Source: an uncultured delta proteobacterium
Lineage (GTDB): Bacteria; Desulfobacterota; Binatia; Binatales; Binataceae
Assembly (NCBI GenBank): GCA_963808235.1
Contig: CAWEEQ010000001.1
Coordinates: forward strand, 1 to 64,000
Reading direction: 5' to 3'
Length of the DNA stretch: 64,000 nt
Every line of letters starts with the position of its first letter. The first letter of the stretch is position 1. Shown here in pieces: positions 20,454 to 30,498 of this stretch. Made by a program: the position numbers and the translations under genes. Under the pieces are notes generated by a model. It saw only the letters and a program-made list of their open reading frames with translations, had not been told where the DNA came from and made no database searches.

Positions 20454-20660
20454 GGCTGACGTGCTTCGCACGTGTTTACAACTGACACGTCACTCATCCC
20501 TCTGGATGAAGGATGTGTACCAGAGCGTACACGGCCCATCGGAGAGTGGCGTGACCGCGGGCGCATTTCCGTACACGCAAGCGTGTACGGCGCGCCGACC
20601 CGTGCGAAGCACGTCAGCCTAGGCCCCCGGATTCATTGAAGTATACGGCGTGTACGCCCT
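20454..20660. promoter_or_regulatory. Candidate oriT
   Basis: Perfect 19-bp inverted repeat 20454-20472/20601-20619 enclosing a 10-bp hairpin 20569-20590 and repeated GTACAC/GTGTAC sites, directly upstream of RHH-T4CP-relaxase. Confidence 0.65.
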
Positions 20661-20666
20661 GAAAGA

Positions 20667-21020
20667 ATGAAGAGCAGTCCGATGCCGGAGATTCCATACA
20701 CCGTCCGCCTGGCGCCGAAGCTGTTGGAGCGGATTGAGAAGACCGCGCGGGACAGAGGAATTGCGCCGCGCAAATTGATTCGCGCAGTGCTCGCCGAGCA
20801 CTTCGCCGGAGATCGCGGCGCTCAGCAGGACGGGTTGGCCAGCCTGTCGAACCCGCAACGCGGCCTCGATCAGATTCTGTTCGATCTAACCCGCACCCGG
20901 CTCACGCTCCAGCATCTGCTCGATCACCAGGTCGGCTCCGAGGTGACCGACCAGATCCGCCAGACTGCGCAACAAGAAGCCGAGCAGTACATGCACCGGC
21001 TCAGGAGAAGAGCGATATGA
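20667..21020 (+). CDS. Ribbon-helix-helix relaxosome accessory protein (TrwA-like position)
   Basis: YTVRL..KLLERIE..AR.RGI...KLIR..L pattern; ATGA overlap with T4CP. Confidence 0.7.
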   Translation: MKSSPMPEIPYTVRLAPKLLERIEKTARDRGIAPRKLIRAVLAEHFAGDRGAQQDGLASLSNPQRGLDQILFDLTRTRLTLQHLLDHQVGSEVTDQIRQTAQQEAEQYMHRLRRRAI

Positions 21021-22839
21021 ATCTGTCTCGAACTGCCATCCGATACGAATTGAGTTCCGGTTCAGCCGCGGTGCTGCTGCGCCTCTACCTTCGAGTCCAG
21101 CTGCTCTGGATTCTGACCTGGACGGCTTCCGATCTTTTCTTCGTCTGGTACTGGAGCGGCCGCCTCTCGGGACCCGGCGCCCACGAATACTTCGGGCGCT
21201 GGATTCTCGCCTGGTTCTTCACCCAGAAGGTCCCGCTCTATTTTCTGTCGCTCCCGTACAAAGGCGGTCGCGCGACGATCGGAAGTATGTACGCTTACCT
21301 CAACTGGCGTTTCTATCAGGGGCGCTCGTTCGGACAGTGGTTCGCCTCATACAGTGTCTGGGGCGCGGTACCGGCATGCCTGACCCTCGTCGCCGGGTAC
21401 TTCATTCTCGGCGATCCCGAGGACCGTCCCGAGGGGAAGCATCTTCGAGGCCTCACGTCTGATCCCGCCGCGCCAGCTGTCACGCGAACTTCGCCGCGCC
21501 GGATTGCGGAGCGACCGGGCGGGAGTCGAGCTTGCTCGGGTGCGCATTCCGCGCTCGACCGAGTGCGAGCATTTCCTCATCACTGGCGCGACGGGAGCGG
21601 GAAAGTCGATGGCGATCCGCTCGCTGCTCCGCCAGATCCAGGCTCGCGGCGACCTTGCCATCGTGGTCGATCCCGAGTGCGAATACGTCTCCGAATTTTA
21701 TCGTCCGGCGCGCGGAGACCTGATCCTGAACCCGGTCGATGAGCGCTGTCCGTACTGGTCGCCGTGGCTGGAATTGAGCGAGCGGTACTACCAGGCGGAC
21801 GCGGCGACGCTCGCGGCTTCTCTGATTCCCGAACCTCCGCGCGGCTACGAAAGCGGGTCGGATCACTTCTTCCGGCAATCCAGCCGGACTCTGCTCGAAA
21901 GCCTGCTTCAGAGTCGCCGCACCGCGAGAGCCGCAGAGCATTCCGAAGCTGCTCGAACTCAATCGCGATCAGTTGAAGCAGGCGCTGTCCGGCACGCCGG
22001 CATACAGCCTGATCGATCCCGGCGCGCACGAGCAGGGCGCCGGGATCATCGCGACCGTCGCCAACGCGACCCGACCATTCCTCTATCTGCCGCCCGCCGA
22101 CGGACGACCGCCGTGGAGCGCGCTGGAATGGTCCGAGCATCCCGAAGGATGGCTGTTCGTGACGATGCGCGACGAGTCCAACTCGGCGGCGCTGCCACTC
22201 GCGAACCTCTGGCTCGACCTCATTGTCGGCCGCCTGCTCAACTCCGCCCGCCATCGGCGAAGGGTCTGGATCGTGGTGGACGAGCTGCCGGTGCTCGGCC
22301 GTCAGGCGAAGCTCGAGACGCTGGTAACTCGCGGACGCAAGCGTGGACTCGCCGCCGTGCTGGGGTTCCAGAGCATCGCTCAATTGCGCCGGATCTATGG
22401 CCACGAGCAGGCAGCAGTGCTCGCGTCGATGCCTTCGACCAAGCTCCTACTGCGGGTGGACGAGCCCGAGACGGCAGCGTTCATCGCGCGGCAGATCGGC
22501 GATCGCGAGGCGTTGCGTGAGGAGATCGGGATAAGCACCGCCGAGCACGGCAATCGGTTCAACATCCATCCTGCGCGCCGGACCGAGCCGGTCGTGATGG
22601 CGTCCGAGATCCAGCGGCTGCCGAAGCTGGAAGGCTATCTCTGCATCGCCGGACTCGATCGTGCGCGCGTCAAAGTGAGGCCGTGCGTTCCGCACCGGCG
22701 GCAGGTCGAGTTCATTCCGCGCGCTCTTCCGAGGCCGGTCATCAATGAGCCCAGCGCCGATTTGGCGGCGCTGACGATCAGTCGCGGGCCGATTCCGCCG
22801 AACGGGACCGCGGGCGCTCCGGTGAGGATTCAGGACTAA
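21017..22839 (+). CDS. Type IV coupling protein (TraD/TrwB-like), frameshifts ~21460 and ~21915
   Basis: N-terminal TM helices, HFLITGATGAGKS, WSPW.E, VDELP, GRKRG...GFQS, VMASEI..LP. Confidence 0.88.
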
Positions 22840-25572
22840 TGCTGGTAATGTCCAAAGGCGCGCTCACCGCCGCCCAGGCCGAGACCTACTACGAAGAGAA
22901 GTACTCGCACGACGACTATTACTCCGAGAAGCAGCGGGTCGTAGGACAATGGTTCGGCCGTGGCGCTGAGGAGTCTGGGACTGTCCGGCGAGATTGCGAC
23001 CGAAGACTTCCGCGCCGTGCTGCGCGGGCTTCGCCCTGCCTCCGGCGAGGTGCTTGTTCACAAGGCGAACGGCTACGACGACCGGCGCGCCGGCTGGGAC
23101 GCTACCTTCAACGCGCCGAAGTCGGTGAGCATTCAGGGGCTGGTCGGAGACGATCACCGCCTTATCGAAGCGCACGAAAAGGCAGTCAGTCGCGCGCTGG
23201 TGGAACTCGAACAATATGCGCTCTCGCGGCGCCGCGGGGGCAGCGAATGGGTCGTGACCGGCAATATCGTCGCCGCGCGTTTCGATCATATCGCGGCTCG
23301 TCCCGCCAGCGGCGTTGAAGACGGCTACGGTCCCGACCCTCACCTCCACACGCACGTCGTCATCGCCAACATGACCCGGCGGCCCGATGGAGAGTGGCGC
23401 GGCCTCGATCCGATCGAGATCTATCGCGCGCAGAGCCTTCGCCACCGCAGTTTACCGCTCTGAACTGGCCCGAGAGGTTCAACAGCTCGGATACGAAATC
23501 AGGATCGGCGGTCGAGACGGACGATGGGAGCTGGACGGCTACACGCGCGAGCAGGTGATGGCGTTCTCCCGTCGTCGCCAGGACATCGAACGGACGCTTG
23601 CGCGTGAAGGGCTGGCGGGCGCCGAGGCGGCGCAGAACATCGCGCATCGAACGAGGCTCTCTAAGGATCATCGCGACGAAGAGAGTCTCAAGGCGGAATG
23701 GCGCTCGCGCGCGCAGACAATATGGTATCGGAGTCGAGCGCCAAATCTCGCACTCGCGCGAGCGTGGGCCGCTCCAACTTCGACCTCCGGAAAAAGCCGA
23801 GGAAGCCGTCCGCCACAGCATCGAGGAAAACACCGAGCGCGAGGCGGTCATCGACCGCCGCGCCCTTGAAGCGAAGGCGCTGCAGCATGCGATGGGAGCC
23901 GTCGACCTCGAACAGATACGGACGGAGAGCAAGCGGTTCGAGAGAAGCGGCCTTTTGATCGCGGTCGGCGACGCCGTGATTTCGCCGCGAGGCGCTTACA
24001 CGACGCCGGAGATGATCGCCCTTGAACGCGGGAACATCGGACTGATGCATGCGGGCCAGGGCGGGGCCGCCGCTATCGGCAGTTTGAACGAGATTCGCCG
24101 ATGGGCGAGCCAGCGCAACTTGCTTCCTGATCAGACTGCCGTCGCCGAACTCACGCTGGCGTCCACCGACTGGATCACCTCAATCGAAGGCCGCGCCGGC
24201 GCTGCGAAGACCACGACGGTCGGCGCGATATGCGAATTCGCGGTAAACCAGGGCTATGCTGTCTACGGGTTCGCGCCAACGACGCGTGCGGTCAAGTCGC
24301 TTTCGGAAGCAGGTGTTTCTGCCAGTACAGTCGCCAGCCTCCTCGAAAGGCAATCAGCACGCGACGCCTCAAGCGAAGTCTGGATCATCGACGAGTCGAG
24401 CCTGCTCCCCACGCGCCAGGTTAACCGGCTTCTCCGCAAGGCTCGCGAGCAAAGCGTAGAGCGGATCGTCTTTGTGGGCGACCAAGCGCCAGCATCATGC
24501 GATCGAAGCGGGACGGCCCGTCTATCAGATGCAGGAGGCCGGAATGCTGGTCGCCCGGCTCGATACCATTCGCCGCCAGCGCGATCCTGAGCTCCGCGAA
24601 GCGGTGACGCTCGCCGCCAGAGGCGAAGTCGCGGAGTCGCTCGCGATTCTTGACCGCCGCGGCGACATCCGGGAAGTCTGCGACATCGAACAGCGCCGTA
24701 AACAGATTGCGCGCGAGTACGTTGCTGCCCATCAATCCGGGGAGCGAGTTCTGGTCGTCAGCCCTGCAAACGAGGAGCGGCGAGAACTGAACGGAGCGAT
24801 CCGCGCCGAGATGATCGAACGCGGTCACGTTAGTCCGATCGAGCAAGAACATACGATTCTGGTTAGCCGAAATCTCTCGGGCGCACAGCGCGCGATCGCT
24901 TACAACTATGAAGAAGGCGACGTGATTCGCTTCACGCGCGGAAGCAAACAGTTCGCGATCGCCAAAGGCGCCTATGCGCATGTCGAAAAGCTCGATCGCG
25001 ACGCGAACATGCTCACGGTGAACACGGGCGACGGGCGGCGCATCGAGTACAATCCGGTCCGGCTGTTCGGTGTCGAAGTCTTTCGCGAGGAACCTCGAGT
25101 CCTCGCACAAGGCGACCGAATACAGTTCCGCACACCCGACCGGGCACTTGGCGTTGCCAATGGCGATTTCGCCACAATCAAATCCATCGACGCTCGCCGC
25201 GCCCTTTTGCGCTTGGACAATTGCAAGGAGTTGAGCGCCGCGCTCGATCGTCTCAACCACATCGACCACGGCTACGCTTCGACTTCGCACTCCGCGCAAG
25301 GCGCAACCGTCGATCGCGTGATCGTCGATATCGATACGCGCCTGTCGCCTGAGCTCGTAAATCGCAAGCAGTTTTACGTGTCGATCAGCCGCGCGCGAAA
25401 CGCGCTCGCAATTTATACCAACGACCGCGCTCAGCTCCCTCGCACCGCGAGTAGGAGCCGCGAGAAATCAATGGCCATTCAGCATTCGACTCCAGCGCCC
25501 CGACATAGCTTCACCATCTTGCCTGACGGCAATCGCCAGAGTTTCAGTCGCGGTCACGGAATTCGACGATGA
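22839..25572 (+). CDS. MOBF (TrwC/TraI-like) relaxase-helicase, split by ~4 frameshifts
   Basis: YY...DDYY N-terminus, DATFNAPKSVS, DPHLHTH, FSRRR; helicase motifs GRAGAAKTT, IIDESS, HGYASTSHSAQG, FYVSISRAR. Confidence 0.92.
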
Positions 25573-25629
25573 ATCAAAGGGGTTTGTGTCGCTCGCAAAC
25601 TACAGTTCGTTGTCGGTCGGGTCTGCGCC

Positions 25630-26643
25630 CTAGGTTGTGAAAACTTTGTGACCGAAGAGATCTCGGCTCAGCCTTTCGAGTGAGAACTGGTTCCGCTCTC
25701 GGATGCTCTCTTCAACGATTCGCATCAAGGCAGACGCTGTGAGAAGATCCACGCTCCTAATCGGCGAATCTGCCAAGTATTCCGTTAGCTTTTTCAGGTC
25801 CCCATCTTTGAACGATGGGCCAACAACAACAAAGTAGAGCTTATCAAAACCCTGGCGCTGCAGGTCGGCCCCTCGGTCTCGGGCGTATTCCAAGAATTTT
25901 CGATCCTCGGTGCCCAATATATAACCTCCGGACCGGACCTTGGCGTCCACGATCACGGCAAATCGATCGCGAGGTGCGAGCGCGACAAAGTCGGGCTTTC
26001 GTCCGGTACCTTGACCGAATGGCGAAATCTCGAATCCAAGACAGCGAAATGCATCAGCCGTTCGTCGTTCAAAAAGTGTGCTCAGACTCAAATCGCTTGT
26101 CTCGAACGGAACTTGCTCGCCTCGCGCTAGTACGTCCAAGTACTGAAGGCACTGCGGCAGAAATGGATGAAAGCCCGGCGCCGGAGTCGTCCCTCTGCTC
26201 GGCCTGCTCTGATGGTCACGGTTTGCGAGGCGCCACCAATCGTAGTCTAGGATCTGTTGTAGTTCCGGCTCTGTAGTTCGAAGCCATTGTCGAAAATGGA
26301 CATCGAACTCCCTCTCTCCGCCGAATCTCTTCTTGACCGTGCTGGTCTTAGCTCCAAGTTCTCTCTGTGCGATAAGAAGCTCGCCGCGCGTGGGTATCTT
26401 GCCGAGATGCAGGCAGATTCGAGCATATTCCCGAAACACAGTTTCATCTGGCAGTCGATTGTCAAACTTGTTTGCCGTCGCGCCGGCTTCTTTAGCAAGA
26501 GCGCTCCTTGTGGGCCAATAGTAAGACACCTCGCTTTCTTTGACCCCCGTCATCTTGCAAAACACCGCCATTCCAGGCGTCCGGCCGAGCTTTCTCTGGC
26601 AGGCGCGAAAAAGGTCTAAGATTTCCTCCCGGCTTTGCCGCAT
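25630..26643 (-). CDS. Helical-repeat (homing-endonuclease-associated repeat-like) protein fused to a FokI-like PD-(D/E)xK cleavage domain
   Basis: Two N-terminal ~60-aa repeats (KLGRTP, HLGKIPT..E); C-terminal FE...LGF...G..RKPD...VIVDAK..SGGY.L. Confidence 0.7.
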   Translation of the reverse strand: MRQSREEILDLFRACQRKLGRTPGMAVFCKMTGVKESEVSYYWPTRSALAKEAGATANKFDNRLPDETVFREYARICLHLGKIPTRGELLIAQRELGAKTSTVKKRFGGEREFDVHFRQWLRTTEPELQQILDYDWWRLANRDHQSRPSRGTTPAPGFHPFLPQCLQYLDVLARGEQVPFETSDLSLSTLFERRTADAFRCLGFEISPFGQGTGRKPDFVALAPRDRFAVIVDAKVRSGGYILGTEDRKFLEYARDRGADLQRQGFDKLYFVVVGPSFKDGDLKKLTEYLADSPIRSVDLLTASALMRIVEESIRERNQFSLERLSRDLFGHKVFTT

Positions 26644-27088
26644 GCGGAGCAGGATGCCATCGCACCGCCTGCCCAACAAGCCCGTCTCAGCACCTCATCG
26701 GATTTCCGCTCTGCGGATAGGTGCGGACCGGCTTTGAGTGCCTTCTATCGGTGGCGCTTGCTTCACTGGCACGCCGTGCCACCGGCTTCCGCCGGACGCT
26801 TAGCTTGTCACGCCGTGCAGCGTTCCGCTTCGCGCGTCTCGGAATCTTGCACGCGCCCTCAGGTTCGGGTGAAGGGCGCGCGCCTTCAAAATGGTGCGGA
26901 ACCCGAAGAACAGAATCGCGTCCTGCCCCTGCGGAGAAGCGGACGCAATCACACCTGCGTGGTTGGTCTGTCATTGTGGATTTCTGTAATTCTGAGATTG
27001 TGGCTTTCGATGAATTTTCTTCCAGATTCCGATAATCTTTAGCGGCAGGAGGCGGCGAGCGGCGGGTTGCTGACGCTGATAAACTTGA

Positions 27089-27418
27089 ATGAAGAGTTTC
27101 GGTCAAGTGCTTAGGGAGGCTCGGAAAAAGGCCGGGCTTACACAGAGAGAGCTTGCCGCGCGCTTGAAGCGCGAAGACGGGCGTCCAGTGGACCCTCCGT
27201 ATCTCAATGCGGTCGAGCACGATCACCGCTATCCGCCCGAGGACTACCTGATCCAGCAGATGTCGAAGATTGTCGGCATCTCGCCGGATGTGCTGTACTT
27301 TCACGCGAACCGCCAGCCGCCGGACGTGAAGACCGAGGCGGACCAGGAACGACTCGAAGCCGCTTATCGTGCGTTCCGCAAGGCGCTGGGAGTAAAACCG
27401 GCCGGCAAGCGAAAATGA
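27089..27418 (+). CDS. XRE/Cro-type HTH repressor (ImmR-like)
   Basis: FGQVLREARKKAGLTQRELA...YLNAVE. Confidence 0.88.
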   Translation: MKSFGQVLREARKKAGLTQRELAARLKREDGRPVDPPYLNAVEHDHRYPPEDYLIQQMSKIVGISPDVLYFHANRQPPDVKTEADQERLEAAYRAFRKALGVKPAGKRK

Positions 27419-28086
27419 AGTTGCTTCGCGATCCGCTCGGACGCCCAATCAAGCGTCTTTACTTCAAGGCGGAAGAGCTCGACGAGCGATGCGAGCAGCT
27501 CGTCGCGGACTTCATGCGTCGTCACTCCGGCGGCTACAAACTGCCGATTCCCACGGACGACATAATCAGGATGATTGAGGCAGAAGCCGACGACCTCGAT
27601 ATGTATGCCAACCTGCCTGAAGGACAGGACGGATACACCGACTTCTTTTTCGACCGAAAGCCCCGAGTGAAGATCTCTGCGCGGCTTTCGGACCCACGTT
27701 ATGAGAACCGGCTTCGCTTCACTCTAGGCCATGAATACGGCCATGTCTGGTTTCACGCTCCGCTCTGGAGAAAAAGCGCACAGGAACCAGACTCCCCTCC
27801 CGTCGAGCCATCTTGGACCTGCCATCGAGAGAACATCGAGACCGCGGCTGAGAACGACTGGATGGAATTCCAAGCGGGCTACATCGGCGGGGCACTGCTG
27901 ATGCCAAAGTCAGAACTTTCGATAATGGCGGGCGAGATTGCGCTGCGTGAGAGCGAGAAGCCGCCACTTAGAGTCGATTCAGAGCTCGGCCGCGCGGCGA
28001 TCGAGCGGATTAGGCGACGTTGCCAGGTCTCCGAGCAAGCCGCGCGAGTCCGGCTATTTCGTTTGGGCCTTCTGACCGAATCGTGA
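27415..28086 (+). CDS. ImmA/IrrE family metallopeptidase
   Basis: RLRFTLGHEYGH (HExxH), EFQA...ALLMP, VSEQAARVRL; ATGA overlap with XRE. Confidence 0.9.
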   Translation: MKLLRDPLGRPIKRLYFKAEELDERCEQLVADFMRRHSGGYKLPIPTDDIIRMIEAEADDLDMYANLPEGQDGYTDFFFDRKPRVKISARLSDPRYENRLRFTLGHEYGHVWFHAPLWRKSAQEPDSPPVEPSWTCHRENIETAAENDWMEFQAGYIGGALLMPKSELSIMAGEIALRESEKPPLRVDSELGRAAIERIRRRCQVSEQAARVRLFRLGLLTES

Positions 28087-28112
28087 ATTCGGGGCGTGCG
28101 TAGCAGAATTAT

Positions 28113-28147
28113 GGAATTTGACAATTCCGTCAGAATTGATCTATGAT
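28113..28147 (+). promoter_or_regulatory. Sigma70-like promoter for xis-int overlapped by an operator palindrome
   Basis: TTGACA (28118-28123)-N18-TATGAT (28142-28147); GGAATT-tgac-AATTCC inverted repeat covers the -35. Confidence 0.55.
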
Positions 28148-28203
28148 CCACCTTGACGATGGGTAAATGACCATCGCACTCAATGGATCGAGGTGTTGTC
28201 ATC

Positions 28204-28440
28204 ATGTCAGTAGTTCAAGTCAGTTCCCAAGCTCAAGGCGCAGATTCGGAGAGGCTGAGTACCCCAAAACTCGGCTGGACCCTGGACGAGCTAGCCCGCA
28301 GCCTCGGCGTCTCGGTTCCGTTTCTCCGGCTCGAAGTGAAACGTGGCCGGTTACGCGCGGCGCACTTAGGGCGGCGGATCGTGCTTCTCGATACCGAGGT
28401 ACGTCGCTACCTGGCCGAGGCGAGCGATCGCGCGGCCTGA
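28204..28440 (+). CDS. Excisionase-like HTH protein
   Basis: WTLDELARSLGVS...GRL.A..LGRRIV, immediately upstream of the integrase. Confidence 0.8.
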   Translation: MSVVQVSSQAQGADSERLSTPKLGWTLDELARSLGVSVPFLRLEVKRGRLRAAHLGRRIVLLDTEVRRYLAEASDRAA

Positions 28441-28463
28441 AGATTGTGCAGGGAGCTAACGCG

Positions 28464-29639
28464 ATGAGTGTTTATAAACGGGGCGAGATGTACTGGTTCA
28501 AGTTTCTGTTCCAAGGGCAGCTCATTCGAGAATCGGCCAGGACCAACTCGAAGACGGTCGCCCGCGAAGCGGAACGCGCTCGTCGCCGCGAGATCGAGCT
28601 CGCGGTTAACCGCATCCCAAAGCGCGAGCGGATGCCGCTCTTTTCGGTTGCCGCAAAAGAATGGTTGGCCAGTCGAGTGGGTCTCGCGGCCAATACACTC
28701 GACACGTACGAGCATTTTGTTGAGACTCTCACCGAACAATTCGGAAAGCGGCTCGTTTGCGACATCGACGACCAAGACATCTCGGTGCTTCAACGCAAGC
28801 GACTGACCGAAGAGAAATCGGCGCGGACGGTGAATTTCGAAATTAACGTATTGCGCCAAATCCTCAAGGCTCACGGGCTGTGGGGAACGATCTCGGACAG
28901 GGTGAAAAGCCTTCGAGAGCGGCGCGATGTCGGGCGCGCGATTAGTTCCACAGATGAGAAGCGGCTGATCGACGCAGCAGCGAAGAGCCGCTCGCCGGCC
29001 CTTCTTCCCTTGTTGATTGTCAGCCTGGACAGCGGGCTACGCGCTTCCGAGATACGATCGTTGCGCCGACGCGATCTAATGTTGGAGTGGCGCAGCGGCG
29101 TAATCGAGAAGGGCGTACTCACGGTTCCCAAGTCAAAGACGGAAGCCGGCACTGGACGCAGCGTGCCGCTCACGTCCAGAGTCTGTGCGATCCTGACGCT
29201 GTGGTTGTCGCGTTTTCTCGAAGCCGAAGCCGACAGTTATGTATTCCCGCGCTTTTCGGTCGGCTTAGAGGGTAACGCTCGTCGCCCCAAGTTCTATGCG
29301 GCCGACCTTGCACATCCAATCGGTGAATGGAAAAAGGCTTGGAAGATCGCGTGCAAGGCGGCCAAGGTTCAATATCGCTGGCACGATTGCCGACATACGT
29401 TCATCACCCGCCTGGCTGAGAACCCCAACGTCAGCGAAGAAACGATTCGATCCCTAGCCGGGCACGTCTCCCGGAAGATGCTCGAACGTTACAGTCACAT
29501 TCGGATTTCCGCCAAACAGGCCGCGATCGCGACCCTCGATCAGGCGGTTTCCGCCGTTGGAGCGGAAGAGCACCAAACGAGCAGGGCACAAAATTGGGCA
29601 CAATCTGCAGCGGTCGGAAAACGAGATCTTCCTAACTAG
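28464..29639 (+). CDS. Tyrosine recombinase/integrase
   Basis: SGLRASE (R), KSKT (K), WHDCRH (HxxR), LAGH, RYSH (Y); ends 10 bp from tRNA CCA. Confidence 0.95.
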   Translation: MSVYKRGEMYWFKFLFQGQLIRESARTNSKTVAREAERARRREIELAVNRIPKRERMPLFSVAAKEWLASRVGLAANTLDTYEHFVETLTEQFGKRLVCDIDDQDISVLQRKRLTEEKSARTVNFEINVLRQILKAHGLWGTISDRVKSLRERRDVGRAISSTDEKRLIDAAAKSRSPALLPLLIVSLDSGLRASEIRSLRRRDLMLEWRSGVIEKGVLTVPKSKTEAGTGRSVPLTSRVCAILTLWLSRFLEAEADSYVFPRFSVGLEGNARRPKFYAADLAHPIGEWKKAWKIACKAAKVQYRWHDCRHTFITRLAENPNVSEETIRSLAGHVSRKMLERYSHIRISAKQAAIATLDQAVSAVGAEEHQTSRAQNWAQSAAVGKRDLPN

Positions 29640-29649
29640 TTGAATTATT

Positions 29650-29727
29650 TGGTGGACGCACCTGGACTCGAACCAGGGACCTCTTGCATGTGAGGCAAGC
29701 GCTCTAACCGGGCTGAGCTATGCGTCC
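29650..29727 (-). tRNA. tRNA-Val(CAC)
   Basis: GGACGCA acceptor, TAGCTCAG D arm, CTTGC-CTCACAT-GCAAG anticodon arm, GGTTCGAGTCC T loop, encoded CCA. Confidence 0.96.
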
Positions 29728-29877
29728 ACCGGAGCATCGGATTATCGCGCTCGGCGCATGCCCTCGCAAGAGTGCACAGATTGCGGATGCCTGCGGCGCG
29801 ATTTGCGCTCGATCGCAGGTCGGCGATAATTCTGTTCTGGAAACGCGCACCCGCAAGTGCGAAGGGAGCACATCATC

Positions 29878-30486
29878 ATGCGACGACTTTGCCAGGTGAG
29901 CCGCGCCGACGCGACTCCGGAAATCAGAGAGCTCTACAATCAATTCTTCGGCGATCGAGATCCAGTCGCCGAGCCTGGCACCGCGACCGGCACGCCCGGC
30001 GATTACTGGACGACGTTCGCGTTGGTGCCCGACTTACTATTCCAGGCGCGTAACTCGCTGATGGCGTTGATGCAGCCGGGGCGGAAGTTGCCGGCGAAGT
30101 TACGCGAGCTTGCGATCATTCGCACCGGAATAGTCGGCGAGTCAAAGTTCGAATATTCGCAGCATCTCAAGGTCGCGCGAATGGTCGGTGTCTCCGACGA
30201 CAAGCTCGCCGCGATCAAAGGATGGGCCATCAGTGACAAGTTTTCCGCCGTCGAGCGCGCTGTGATGCAGGCGACCGACGAGCTGGTCGGCCGCAACCTG
30301 GTCGAGGACGAGACATTTGCGGCGCTGAAGAATCACCTGTCCGACGAACAGATCCTGGAATTGTTTTACGTGATCGGACTATGGCGTATGCATGGAATGA
30401 TCGTGCGCGCGCTGCATCTCGAGTACGACAATGACACGACCGCGCGAATGACTGAGGTGCCCGCTCCGGAAGCCGCGAAGAAGTAA
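29878..30486 (+). CDS. Carboxymuconolactone decarboxylase/AhpD-like protein
   Basis: LRELAIIRTG...FEYSQH...AR..G, ATDEL motifs. Confidence 0.8.
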   Translation: MRRLCQVSRADATPEIRELYNQFFGDRDPVAEPGTATGTPGDYWTTFALVPDLLFQARNSLMALMQPGRKLPAKLRELAIIRTGIVGESKFEYSQHLKVARMVGVSDDKLAAIKGWAISDKFSAVERAVMQATDELVGRNLVEDETFAALKNHLSDEQILELFYVIGLWRMHGMIVRALHLEYDNDTTARMTEVPAPEAAKK

Positions 30487-30498
30487 GTGCGGAGACCA

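Larger units (their letters stand above)
19808..29727. mobile_element. Integrative mobilizable element at tRNA-Val(CAC); left boundary not identified
   Basis: Integrase abutting the tRNA 3' end, xis, XRE/ImmA, MOBF relaxase, T4CP, RHH, oriT-like repeats; no full T4SS. Confidence 0.85.
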
